The position numbers and the translations under genes were made by a program. From assembly GCF_964204645.1 (NCBI RefSeq), contig NC_134031.1, positions 124,001-188,000 on the forward strand: a stretch of 64,000 nucleotides of DNA, written 5' to 3'. This DNA is from Tubulanus polymorphus (lineage: Eukaryota > Animalia > Nemertea). The notes under the pieces were generated by a model. It worked only from the letters and a program-made list of their open reading frames with translations, was not told the origin of the DNA and did no database searches. Shown piece by piece: positions 26,982 to 39,724 of the stretch. How positions within the stretch are numbered: position 1 is the first letter of the stretch; the number at the start of each line of letters is the position of its first letter.

Positions 26982-27670
26982 TACTGTGAGCCCCAGGATC
27001 CAGTTCCACAGTTGTGAGTTAGAGTTAACTGTGAGCCCCAGGATCCAGTTACACAGTTGTGAGTTAGAGTTAACTGTGAGCCCCAGGATCCAGTTCCACA
27101 GTTGTGAGTTAGAGTTAACTGTGAGCCCCAGGATCCAGTTCCACAGTTGTGAGTTAGAGTTAACTGTGAACTCAGGATCCAGTTACACAGTTGTGAGTTT
27201 AACTCAACTGTGGACTCAGGATCCAGTTCCACAGTTGTGAGTTTAACTCAACTGTGGACTCAGGATCCAGTTACACAGTTGTGAGTTTAACTCAACTGTG
27301 GACTCAGGATCCAGTTACACAGTTGTGAGTTTAACTCAACTGTGGACTCAGGATCCAGTTACACAGTTGTGAGTTTAACTCTACTGTGGACTCAGGATCC
27401 AGTTACACAGTTGTGAGTTTAACTCTACTGTGAACTCAGGATCCAGTTCCACAGTTGTGAGTTTAACTCAACTGTGGACTCAGGATCCAGTTCCACAGTT
27501 GTGAGTTTAACTCTACTGTGAACTCAGGATCCAGTTCCACAGTTGTGAGTTAGAGTTAACTGTGAGCCCCAGGATCCAGTTACACAGTTGTGATTTTAAC
27601 TCTACTGTGGACTCAGGATCCAGTTCCACAGTTGTGAGTTTAACTCAACTGTGGAACTGGATCCTGAACT
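26982..27670. repeat. 41-45-bp minisatellite with GGATCCAGTT(C/A)CACAGTT core, closed by an inverted unit
   Basis: About 15 units. AACTGTGGAACTGGATCCTGA at ~27647-27667 is the inverted core. Confidence 0.95.
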
Positions 27671-28319
27671 ATACTCAGCTAAGGTTAAGAAACTGGTTGA
27701 TATTGGTAGTAAACTGATTGAGAGTATGACCGTATCCACAGTGGATCAGAGACTGTATCCACAGTGGATTATCAGAGAATTCCAGATTCGCGTATGGAAT
27801 ACGTTTATTTTGTTTTAATGAAAATGTTATTTGTAAATATGTGATTAAATGCAAGCTATCAATGCAACATTATTAAACTATGTGAATAGTTTTACTGAAA
27901 ATTTACACAAAGTCGGAGTGAAAAAATGAGTGAAGACTTTGTTTGTTTTAAATCATGCTGGCAATTTATAGAATATAGAATGAAATCATGTTTATAGAAT
28001 TGAGGAAGTAAAACCTGTTCATTCACTGTATACGTGATCTGTGTATGATCTGTATCTGAGACATCGAGTTCCACTGAACCCTACACAACTGTGGAACTGT
28101 AGATACTGAGATCTATTCAAAATATCAGTTGATATTAAAGGATTAATGATTATTCTAAACTGAGCTGTAAAATGCAGCGGATTAAAATATTAACTCCTGT
28201 TTTGTTGCTATATAAAATAGCTTATAATTGATGATTATTCAAATGATAAGAACAATTTAAAACTGCCATAAACCACTGAAAATACTGTAAATACCTTTAA
28301 ACCGAGTTGCGCCCGCCTG

Positions 28320-28515
28320 GCCCGTGGGTAGCTTCTCCGGCCTGGCCCGTGGGTAACTACTCCGGTCTGGCCTGGCCCGTGGGTAACTACTCCGGTCCGG
28401 CCTGGCCCGTGGGTAACTACTCCGGTCCGGCCTGGCCCGTGGGTAACTACTCCGGTCCGGCCTGGCCCGTGGGTAACTACTCCGGTCCGGCCTGGCCCGT
28501 GGGTAACTACTCCGG
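28320..28515. repeat. 30-bp GC-rich minisatellite
   Basis: GGCCTGGCCCGTGGGTAACTACTCCGGTCC repeated about 6.5 times. Confidence 0.95.
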
Positions 28516-29800
28516 GCTGGGTGTTTAAATCTAGTCTTAGCGTTATGAAGGGTGTATGAATGAATCTATGAGACCGGGTTTAACTTCAGTAGACTTAGAA
28601 TATCAGATCAGTGAGGCCGTCCTCGCTGTGAGGCTGCAGTCTGTCACAGTGAGGCCGCAGTCTGTCAAATTGAGGCCGTCCTCGCTGTGAGGCTGCAGTC
28701 TGTCACAGTGAGGCTGAAGTGAGGTCGCTGATGCTGTTTTTATGCGTAGTTATTTTTTTGAGTGATTTGTTTTTCACTGTTTTATGTTTTTCAGTCAAAT
28801 CGGATTAAATTCTACCAACAGCTTAAAGTACATTCTAAATCCTCTGGTGGAATATTAATATATATCTAGATAATAATATTTATTAGATTTGAGGACAAAT
28901 TCTCGTGATTAGAACGATGTACTTTTTATGGGTGAGGCCAAACCTCTCGAGGGGATGGGGTAACAGATGATTCCAATACTGAGCAGTTTAATTGGGTTAA
29001 TATTGGATCCATCTGTTCCTTCCCTCAGAGGTTATCGGTCCACGAATGAAAACTAATGTCGAACTGATTCATGGACATTTAAAATATAGATCAAGTTTAG
29101 TTTTAATATTCGATTAATTGAATAGAAACCTGTTTCTCTATGTGATGGGTGACAGCCGCAGCCCCTCCCCTGGTCCTGATTCACAGTTTGTTAGTATTAT
29201 TCATGCAGTATTTCACTGGGAAAAATGATTAATTTTGTTGAAATTGATTTAAATGTTCGTGTGGAAATGTTTGAAGACTGACAGATAGACTCCGTGGAGT
29301 CAGTTAAACCTTGGAGTAGTCATTTGAAATGATTACTCCAAGGTTAAACGGTCTCGACTGTTGTAAATTGTATAAATTGAGTATGAAAGATTATTTACAG
29401 TCTGAAGTTATGACGTGTTGTTTGTTTGTGAATTGTATTTATAAAATTTGTTTGTACATCAACCAATTGATATCTGTATCAAAACATCTTTTATTGACTA
29501 TTGATTTGTAAATAAAGAGCAAAATCAAATATCAGATATTATTTTTCTAGTTAAATTGTCTGCCCATATAAGGAAAACCTGTCGGTTCAAATAAGGAAGA
29601 ACATTTGGGAAAACTCGTCTTTATTTATAGAGGAAGATAATTAGAGTAGAACCCACTTATTCGGATCATTTCATCCGGTTTACGGAAATCCGAATTATAA
29701 GTCAGCCTGCAGCAAATATGGTCCAGATTAGACCTAAATCCGGATTAAGCCACTGCGTCAACTATTCGTACTGAAGAATGAATTTTTCGGAGCCAACAAT

Positions 29801-29902
29801 AAAACTATCAGTACGGGATTCGAACCCACGCGACTTGTAATTCCTGCTGTGGCACGTATGCTAACCTTACGCCGAACCGCTTTACCGCCGGATCACGCTG
29901 GC
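29801..29902 (-). ncRNA. Pol III type-2 cassette (degenerate tRNA/SINE head or vault-like RNA)
   Basis: A-box-like TGATCCGGCGG, perfect B box GGTTCGAATCCC, and TTTT 11 nt downstream. Confidence 0.4.
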
Positions 29903-31109
29903 GATGTGTTCATTCGCTTTAGGCACTAAGCTCGTCTTTTTTTCGCTGATAAATCAGTAACATGTAAAATACATCGATATAAGTGACAATTTAGAATGTA
30001 GTTATTGAATATTTGGCTGCGGAAAAAAGGTTACAAAAAATAATATATACCACGCTAATGCGATAGATGGCGCATGGGTGGTACTGTGATATCAGCGCTA
30101 TCATCATTCAAACATTTAGATGATCCCAGGAATGAATCCAACTGAGACGTACAGAGTGAGAGTATTTTATATCACAAAGTTCAACTAAAACACTGTGATT
30201 AAATATCGAATTCATAGATAGAAAAATAAATGATTAGTAAATAATTGAAAACTGAAAACCATTGATCTCTATCAGGATTCCTGTGGTCCTTAAATTCCTT
30301 AGATACACACATTTTTTTAGGAAATCCTTGTCCTTGTCCCGGGTTCTAACAGTTTCTAATGAAGTATGAACAAGTTATTTTCAAGATGCCTGAATGGAAA
30401 TCTGGTTTTTTTTCAATAATGATGCACTTCCACTGCACATTGATTTCTGAAAGACTCCCAGTAAAACACACGTGTTGCAAGTTCAATTCATGCAACTAGA
30501 TTTTCAATTGTTTTCAATCTAGGAAAATCATCTATGCTCGAATTTCATTTAAAAAGATCTAAACACGTCCATAAAAACTTCAATCCTAACCCTATAAACC
30601 TTGGATGAAAATTGCGAGAAACTTTACCCCCCTTAAATGTTTTTAGTACTCCCAAATTACCCGACTAATTCAGGGTTGACTGAACCACGTGATCGTTATT
30701 TAAGTAGTGTGACTTCTTTTAAAGTAAATTTTCGGTCACTGATCGCGACTTCTGATTGGGAAACATGATCAGGAATTAAATTAATTGGATGGAATAATTA
30801 GTGAGTATAAGTGGCTGCTCGCGCGCGTCTGGAATTTATATATAGGTAAAATATCATTGAAAACATATGCGCTGAATTCATACGTCATCTATTGATATGA
30901 TATATGTATCACTATCGGCAACAACTGCAGGATTAAATTTAAACTTCGTGTTTTATAATGCTCGGTTTACTCACAGTTAAATAATGGTAGGTAAATATCG
31001 CAAATCAGTTTCAACAGTTTTTCTTATCAAAGATTTAATGTTTTAGACCCCAGTTTTATTACATTTTTTTCACAAATGAATCTTTCTCATTGAAATCATT
31101 CGGATTAGG

Positions 31110-31457
31110 ATTTCAGGTTCTAACGGGTTTCAGGTTCTAACGGGTTTCAGGTTCTAACGGGTTTCAGGTTCTAACGGGTTTCGGAAAGTCTCGGACATTT
31201 TGACAGTTAGATTTTTTTCCAGGCCCTGGAAAAGCTATGGGAATTTGGTTTCTTTTCTCTGGTTGTGGAAAGGAATGAAAAATCAGGAAACAAAATTTCC
31301 TTTTTTTTTGAAAAGTCTATACCTAAATGTCGTACTACAAAATTTATGAAAACTCTTGTATCGATGGTAACCCGCCGGGTAACCCGCCGAGTAACCCGGG
31401 TAACCCGCCGAGTAACCCGGGTAACCCGCCGAGTAACCCGGGTAACCCGCCGAGTAA
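31110..31457. repeat. Two short arrays: 17-bp (TTTCAGGTTCTAACGGG) and 21-bp (GTAACCCGGGTAACCCGCCGA)
   Basis: Seen directly at 31110-31182 and 31367-31457. Confidence 0.9.
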
Positions 31458-32027
31458 ACAGACTCACGCACTTCAATTATAATCGTTTTTATATTCTACT
31501 CAGATCTAGTTTTAGAGATTAATCTAATAAAATATGGAATTGAATATTTTTGAAGCGAGGTTTTTGCCCCAGAAATCTTTAAATTTATTCTCAAATATCA
31601 GCTTTGCTCAGTATGAAAAGGATTAAACGCATATTTTGTTTCACACATGACTAATAATAATACATGGAATATAGTTTTGAATAATCCAGAAATATTCGAA
31701 TAGCCGTGTTGAGTATATATACCATAGCTCAGTACAGTACTGTGTCATTTATTCACCGCATGATTTTTATTATTTTAATATACGCAGGTTCTCCACGCGG
31801 GCCGTGAAGTGTGACTGCGCGTTCTGGATTTGTGTCGAAATTAATGGACTTCAAATTGTTGTTTGTAGCTAGCTATAGAAAATAATCTAGAGACGATTTC
31901 TAAAGACATGTTATTTGTGTGCGCGGAGACAAGGTTCAGTCTGGTAGTTCCGCTAGAAATCTAGTGCTGTTTAATTATAGCGCCAGATTTTTAATTCGTG
32001 GATCGTGTTGATTATTGATTCACAAAA

Positions 32028-32078
32028 ATGGCATCTGGAGAAAGTGAGAGATTGACGACAAGCGAGTGGAATGGAACA

Positions 32079-32119
<41 letters not shown>

Positions 32120-35100
32120 GTCGTGTGTGAAACTGAGGAAATCTCTCAGACAATTCGGAACTCATTTATTCCGAACTAAAATCAACGTACCGGAACCAGC
32201 ACCAGGAGCTGCAGCAAACGATACGAATAACGCAGAGAAAGGAGGAGGAGAAGGAGGAGGAAAAGGAGCGAAATTACATCGTTGTTTAAATCTGTTTGAT
32301 TTAGTTTTATTAGGAAGCGGAAGTTGTACTGGTAATGGTATATATGTTATAGCCGGATTTGCTGCGCGATCTTTAGCCGGACCAGCCGTTATCATCTCGT
32401 TTATGATTGGTGGATTTGTATCTTTATTATCGGGTAAGTGAGTATGAGGCTCAACATCTCAAAAGCCTGGGTCTGGAGTTTAGTCCCACGTGGGCCGCCG
32501 AGGCCACTGGAGTTTAGTCCCACGTGGGCCACCGAGGCCACTGGGGTTTAGTCCTACGTGGGCCACCGAAGTCACTGTGGGGTTTAGTCCCACGCTAATA
32601 TAAGGGCCAATTACAAATATAAATGCATGTTTATATTGAATGAATGTATCTAATTATATTGAAGGATTGTGTTACGCCGAGTTTGGATCACGTGTACCGG
32701 GTACTGCTGGTGGTGCCTATGTTTATAGTTATATGACAGTAGGAGAGTTAATCGGGTTTACAACCGGGTGGAATTTAATCCTGGAGTATATGATAGGAAC
32801 GGCACAAGGAGCTGTAGCATTGAGTGCATTGATCGATACTTTAACAGGATCAGTGATATCTACATATCTTACAGATCATACATTCCCTGTTATCAGTAAG
32901 TAGTCCCCTCACTCTCTCCATCCCCCCTCACCCCCTCACCCAACTGCACCACTCCATCCCTCTCACACACTCCCCACCACCTCAACCCACTGCTCCCTCT
33001 CCATCCCTCTCACCCCCTCACCCCACTCCCCACTGCACCCTCTCAACCCCTAATAAATAAATGTTTCATATTTCACTGTTGTAATACAGTAACATAATCA
33101 GATATACATTTAACCTTGAACCACGTGACATCGGATGTGGTTTTAAATTCCCGACTACAAATCAATATTTAGAAAGTATTCAAATTCATTAGTTCACAGA
33201 TCGGCCGTTCAGAGTTCTATGTTCAGATCAACAAGAGTTTAACCCCCTCCCCGTCCCCAGTCAGATCACTCGGCCATTCCATCGGGGTCTGCAACCCCGT
33301 CGTCCTGATTGTAGAACTTGAACTGTGGAACTGGGTCCTGTACTGTGGAACTGGATCCTGAACTGTAGAACTGTGGAACTGGATCCAGAACTGTGGAACT
33401 GGATCCTGAACTGTAGAACTGTGGAACTGGATCCAGAACTGTGGAACTGGGTCCTGAACTGTGGAACTGGAGCCAGAACTGTGGAACTGGGTACTGTACT
33501 GTGGAACTGGATCCTGAACTGTAGAACTGTGGAACTGGATCCAGAACTGTGGAACTGGGTCCTGAACTGTGGAACTGGATCCAGAACTGTGGAACTGGAT
33601 CCAGAACTGTGGAACTGGGTCCTGAACTGTGGAACTGGATCCTGAACTGTGGAACTGGGTCCTGTACTGTGGAACTGGATCCTGAACTGTAGAACTGTGG
33701 AACTGGATCCAGAACTGTGGAACTGGGTCCTGAACTGTGGAACTGGATCCAGAACTGTAGAACTGGGTCCTGAACTGTGGAACTGGATCCAGAACTGTGG
33801 AACTGGATCCACAACTGTAGAACTGGGTCCAGAACTGTGGAACTGGATCCACAACTGTAGAACTGGATCCAGAACTGTTGAACTGGACCCAGAACTGTGT
33901 TACTGGATCCAGAACTGTGGAACTGGATCCAGAACTGTAGAACTGGATCCAGAACTGTTGAACTGGACCCAGAACTGTGGAATTGATGGTTTATATTATG
34001 ATTTTTTTTTGACAGGTCGACCGTACCCTGATTTTATAGCCTGTGCTATATCACTACTGATGACTTTACTATTAGCGATTGGAGTCAGATCTTCAGTTTT
34101 ATTCAATAATATCCTACAGAGTATAAACATAGGAGTATGGATCTATTTACTGGTGGCTGGATCCTGGTACGCGCATCCCTCTTACTGGTCGACGCACGGG
34201 TTCGCGCCATACGGATTCTCAGGGGTAAGAATGAGAGAGAACATCTGTCGCATTCCCTGTCAACAGCCGAGTTGTATAACTCCGTAAAACCAGATTTAAA
34301 TCCGGGTTTAGTCACAGGGGATTATACACCGAATAATTATCCAGTTTTATATGTTAATTTTATCTTGATGTACACATATTTATTGCCGTGTCTGATATAG
34401 TTTTAAATGTTTCCAGTTTAACGCGTCAGTCTGATTATAGATGGCGCTTCTCGTCCAAACGATTAATCGTAATTTCAAACTGATTTAGAAATAGAATTCT
34501 CGAATGAAACTCTAAACATTTCATAATCATGTATAATTTTGCATTTTACATGAATATCAAGTGTGAATAATCTTTGTAAAGTTTGGGAATTTACTGGGGG
34601 CAGCACGTCTGGTCCTGGGGGCAGCACGTCTGGTACTGGGGGCAGCACGTCTGGTCCTGGGGGCAGCACGTCTGGTACTGGGGGCAGCACGTCTGGTCCT
34701 GGGGGCAGCACGTCTGGTCCTGGGGGCAGCACGTCTGGTCCTGGGGGCAGCACGTCTGGTACTGGGGGCAGCACGTCTGGTACTGGGGGCAGCACGTCTG
34801 GTCCTGGGGGCAGCACGTCTGGTCCTGGGGGCAGCACGTCTGGTCCTGGGGGCAGCACGTCTGGTCCTGGGGGCAGCACGTCTGGTACTGGGGGCAGCAC
34901 GTCTGGTACTGGGGGCAGCACGTCTGGTCCTGGGGGCAGCACGTCTGGTCCTGGGGGCAGCACGTCTGGTCCTGGGGGCAGCACGTCTGGTCCTGGGGGC
35001 AGCACGTCTGGTCCTGGGGGCAGTAAGTTGGGTCCTGGGGGCAGCACGTCTGGTCCTGGGGGCAGCATGTCTGGTCCTGTGTTAGTAGGTCTGGTCCTGG

Positions 35101-38100
35101 GGCAGTAGGTTGGGTAGTGGAGGCGGCATGTCTGGTCTTGCGGGCAGCATGTCTGGTCCTGGGGCAGTAGGGGTGGTCCTGAGGCAGTAGGGGTGGTCCT
35201 GGGGGCAGTAGGTTTGAACTATCTCTGGAATGTTTCCTGTTGTTGTTACAGATAATGAGCGCAGCTGCCACTTGTTTCTACGCGTTTGTCGGATTCGATA
35301 TGATTTCTACAACTGGTGAAGAGACGGAGAAACACAATTTATTACCTAAAGCAGTTATATTAGTATTAACATTAGCTTTATCTATGTACGTATCGTCCAG
35401 TGTTATACTAACGATGTTAGTTCCGTATTCACAAATACATAAAGAGACCCCGATGATAGCAGCTTTCAGAGAGTCTGGAGTACCTGCTGGTCAGTATGTC
35501 GTAATGATCGGGTGTACAGCGGGGTTGATCGTTAATCTACTAGGATCTGCTTTTCCGATGCCTAGAATTGTTTATTCCATGGCTAAAGACGGCGTCATTT
35601 TCAAGTAAGTTATAATTTCTATCAATAGAAGCCACTGCCGATAATACCCGGGGGGACCTGTTAAACCTGCTGCTGGGGACCTGTTAAACCTGCTGCTGGG
35701 GACATGTTAAACCTGCTGCTGGGGACCTGTTAAACCTGCTGCTGGGGACCTGTCAAACCTGCTGCTGGGGACCTGTTAAACCTGCTGCTGGGGACCTGTT
35801 AAACCTGCTGCTGGGGACCTGTTAAACCTGCTGCGTGGGACCTGTTAAACCTGCTGCTGGGGACCTGTTAAACCTGCTGCTGGGGACCTGTTAAACCTGC
35901 TGCTGGGGACCTGTTAAACCTGCTGCTGGGGACCTGTTAAACCTGCTGCTGGGGACCTGTTAAACCTGCTGCTGGGGACCTGTTAAACCTGCTGCTGGGG
36001 ACCTGTTAATCCTGCTGCTGAAAAGTTCCCTATAGTTGACAGACTGACACTATAATGTTACAATGCAATTTCAATTGTTGCTGGCATTCTGTCCACAGTC
36101 AACTTTCAGAAACTTTTCAGCAATCGCAGGCCCTGAATTGTTGGCTAGTTGTGACCCCCCATCCCCCCTGAATTGTTGGCTAGTTGTGATCCCCCATCCC
36201 CCTGAATTGTTGGCTAGTTGTGACCCCCCATCCCCCTGAATCTGTAGAATAATCTGTAAATTGTTTTGATTGTAGGTTTATGTCGATAGTAAACAGTAAA
36301 ACACAAACTCCGGTTTACGGAACGGTTATTACTGGAGTTTTAGCCGCTATCATGTCGTTACTGGTTGGAATGAACGATCTCATTGAAATGATTAGTTTCG
36401 GTAAGTTTCATCTGGTGATATTAGATCGAGGTCTATTTCAGTAAGACTTCATTAAACCTGTCTTCGCGATATAGAAGACTGCAGGCGCCTGCCTCTGATC
36501 TCACAGGGATCGAGGCAGGAAGTCAATAATCCCGGACCAGGTGACGATGGGTCGTCATTACACGAAAGGAAGTCGGCAAACTCCAAATATTTTGACACCA
36601 CACGGCCGGGCGCTTGATAATAAGATGCAGTACAGTAGTCTACTGTATCATGATCTAAAAATGATCTTGACTCATAGAATTATCAATCTGTTAATTTCTC
36701 TCTGATCGCAGGTACTCTGTTGGCTTACACTATGGTTTCTACATCCATTCTCATTTTACGATATACCCCCAATAAAGAAGATGAAATATACGCGTCTCAG
36801 CTCACGAACGGAGTGCCCCCTAGTGACGAGAACGGTACTAACGACCATAGCGAGCACTCGGAATCAGCGGCTTTGAATGATCACAAATCTCAACACTACG
36901 GAACAACGGAAGGGGCTCGTCGACCACTGAGGAGGAGTTCATCATTTAAAGAGATATGGGATCGAGCCCGGGGCCGCCGCGGTGGTCACACGGATCTATA
37001 TATAGCTACCGATGATAGCAGACGATCTGTGATGAACGCTTTATGGTTTTTTGTAGGAATTTCTGTAGCGTTTTGTATCACGACGATTACTTTAGAAACG
37101 CAGATTTCTGAAGGGAATCTCTGGGCGATCATGTTAACCATTGTATTCGGTGTAGCTGTGATTTGTGCTGTTATTGTGATTTGGCTTCAGCCTCAAAGCA
37201 GGTAAAATATAACTGACAGAAAATTTGCCGCATAACGACACAAACGTGTTACTTTTATTAGGGTTGTTTATCAGGAGTGGCCAAATACACGATTTAATTC
37301 TCATCGCATCATTGACGTAACTTCTTTGTAACGAACCAGATATTCTTTGAAATAAATGTCTCGTATCCGAAATAATTCGGTCTATTTTTCGCTTAAATAT
37401 TTGTTAATTGTAATAAATTCTTAACGAAACCTTAGTTTTATAATCTGAATACGATTTGAATAAGTATGTATTATATATTACAGAAAGAAAGTTGATTTTA
37501 TGACACCGATGATGCCAGTTCTACCTTGTACTGCTTTACTGTGTAATATATACCTTATGTTAAAACTAAACCCATTTACCTGGGTTCGCAGTACTGTTTG
37601 GATGGCTATAGGTGAGTATCACAGGTCAGGGAGGCATGATTGAAAAAAAAAATCGTTGAGTGTGCTTGAGAAACCTCGGCCGTAACCCTAACCCTAGGTC
37701 GGCCAGATCCCGTAACCCTAACCCTAGGTCGGCCAGATCCCGTAACCCTAACCCTAGGTCGGCCAGATCCCGTAACCCTAACCCTAGCAAGACTCGAACC
37801 CGCTCCCTCCAGCATACCAGCCGAGCGTTCTAACCACTAGACCATAGACCTGTGGTGATTGACCGAGTTTGTAGGTTTGTCTGGTCAGTGTGGGTGACCT
37901 GGTGACCGGTCAGGTGTGGAGACTGATGACCAGTCAGTGTTTATAACTCTGAAATATATATTCTAGCAACTAATTTGGCCAGAATAAATGGTATAAACTG
38001 CTTCACAATATTTTCCACTATTAAAAACAGCAAATGCTCTGATGGGGTTCGGGGTTTAGCACATGTTCTCGTGACGTTTATCACGGGTTCGGGGTTTAGC

Positions 38101-38381
38101 ACATGTTCTCGTGACGTTTATCACGCGTAAGAATTTCGTGTAAATCATTATTTACAGGTTTTGGTATCTATTTTTTCTATGGAGTGAATGAAGCGGGTAA
38201 AGTTCACGAGGAACGATTGAAATTCCTAGAACAATATCAAAAACTACAGAACCATAAAAACGCAACGACTGAGCAGGCACCGGCACGTGAGGAGGAGCAG
38301 GAACTGGTACGTGAGGAGGAGCAGTTAGAAATGGTTGGCATCAATAATTCCGATCGATTACAACGAACTGGTGATAACTAA
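32028..38381 (+). CDS. SLC7A14: Cationic amino acid transporter family member, SLC7A14-like, about 8 coding exons
   Basis: [26 protein letters not shown] (one-residue insertion as recalled for SLC7A14), [40 protein letters not shown]. Poly-Gly near the N-terminus. Confidence 0.8.
33320..33982. repeat. ~20-bp minisatellite AGAACTGTGGAACTGGATCC
   Basis: Same core as the 26982 and 43380 arrays. Confidence 0.95.
34595..35215. repeat. 21-bp G-rich minisatellite GGGGGCAGCACGTCTGGT(C/A)CT
   Basis: More than 20 units, degenerate towards the right. Confidence 0.95.
35653..36242. repeat. 23-bp array, inverted-repeat element (36011-36130) and 36-bp array
   Basis: GGGGACCTGTTAAACCTGCTGCT about 16 times; TGCTGAAAAGTT...AACTTTTCAGCA; CCCTGAATTGTTGGCTAGTTGTGA three times. 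Confidence 0.85.
37681..37862 (-). mobile_element. tRNA-derived element plus a 30-bp array containing (TTAGGG)2
   Basis: TGGTCTAGTGGTTAG...GGTTCGAGTCTTGCTAGGGTTAGGGTTA. Homologous to 667-803. Confidence 0.7.
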
Positions 38382-38391
38382 TCATGAGCGA

Positions 38392-38740
38392 CTGGGTCCA
38401 GGCCGGGCCCAGCCGTCAGGTTCGGGACTCCTGGGCTGGAGTGTCTGGGTCCAGGCCGGGCCCAGCCGTCAGGTTCAGGACTCCTGGGCTGGAGTCTCTG
38501 GGTCCAGGCCGGGCCCAGCCGTCAGGTTCGGGACTCCTGGGCTGGAGTGTCTGGGTCCAGGCCGGGCCCAGCCGCCAGGTTCGGGACTCCTGGGCTGGAG
38601 TGTCTGGGTCCAGGCCGGGCCCAGCCGTCAGGTTCGGGACTCCTGGGCTGGAGTTTCTGGGTCCAGAACCGCGCCGGGCCCGGCCGTCAGGTTCAGGACT
38701 CCTGGGCTGGAGTCTCTGGGTCCAGAACCGCGCCGGCCCC
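38392..38740. repeat. 53-bp GC-rich minisatellite just after the SLC7A14-like stop codon
   Basis: About 6 units. Confidence 0.95.
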
Positions 38741-39724
38741 TCAGCGTTCAGTGTTTAGGGTCCTGTGACTGGAGGTTTCACCAGCGCCGGGGGAAGTTAT
38801 AATGTATTTCACTGTCAATAGCTTTATGAATATATATACAGTATTTTTATAGAGATAAACTGAGTCTGATTTCAATTTTCTTGTCTGTTTTTATCGGGAT
38901 ATTTCGTTCATTTCGCCGATCAAAACAATGAAAGGTCCCCACAGAACACATCCGGCCCCTGGAGCAAGATTAAATACATTGTTACTGTCGTCTTCTTACC
39001 GACCCTAGATAAAGGCAGACTTTGGAGAGGGGGTTGCTATAACTGGAGTGCCCCACCCGCGGTACGCTGCCGGCGTACGTGGCCCAGCTCCCGCCCGCCC
39101 AACTGCCCGATAAACTTGATGGAATCTTCAGATATTGAATACGAAACTCAAGTTTCCTGTTCGGATTGAAATGAATTGTCTTTAAAGGATTGTAATTTGT
39201 ATTCAAACTGTGCGCCGCATTAATTACCGCGCATGATGCATATATTCAACATTCCATGGTTAGGTTTGCCATTTGGTACCGCGCTTTTCGTCAGCAAATT
39301 TGTATTTTAGTATGAGTGGCGTTGTAGGAGCCTGAACTACTTCCAATAATTGAATATATATTTTCCCATAATAATCTTTACTGAAATCATCCTTAATAAT
39401 CTATAAAACCTTTGATAAATAAAACTAAATAATTTAAGATCATAGTTTATGCAGGATTCTACGTTTTAGCGACATTTATAGGACTATTTGATGTCAGCGA
39501 TCGTAGATTTTGTCCATGTGTAAAGCGGCGTGCGTATCGATACCTCACTTGCCACAGTAGGAAATTTCATCGGTATTTACCGGATGACAAACTCACGGTG
39601 CGTTCCGCATTTTGTTTGCCGGAAGTAGGGGTCGCGATTAACCCGGAAATTTCAATCGGGTTTTCCCGAGAAATGCGGAAGTGTTTTTATTTTTGTCAAG
39701 AACTGAAGAAAAACTTCTACTAAA

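Noticed and set aside
33223-35271. Overlapping repeat ORFs ([18 protein letters not shown])
   Set aside because: Translations of intronic minisatellites in several frames.
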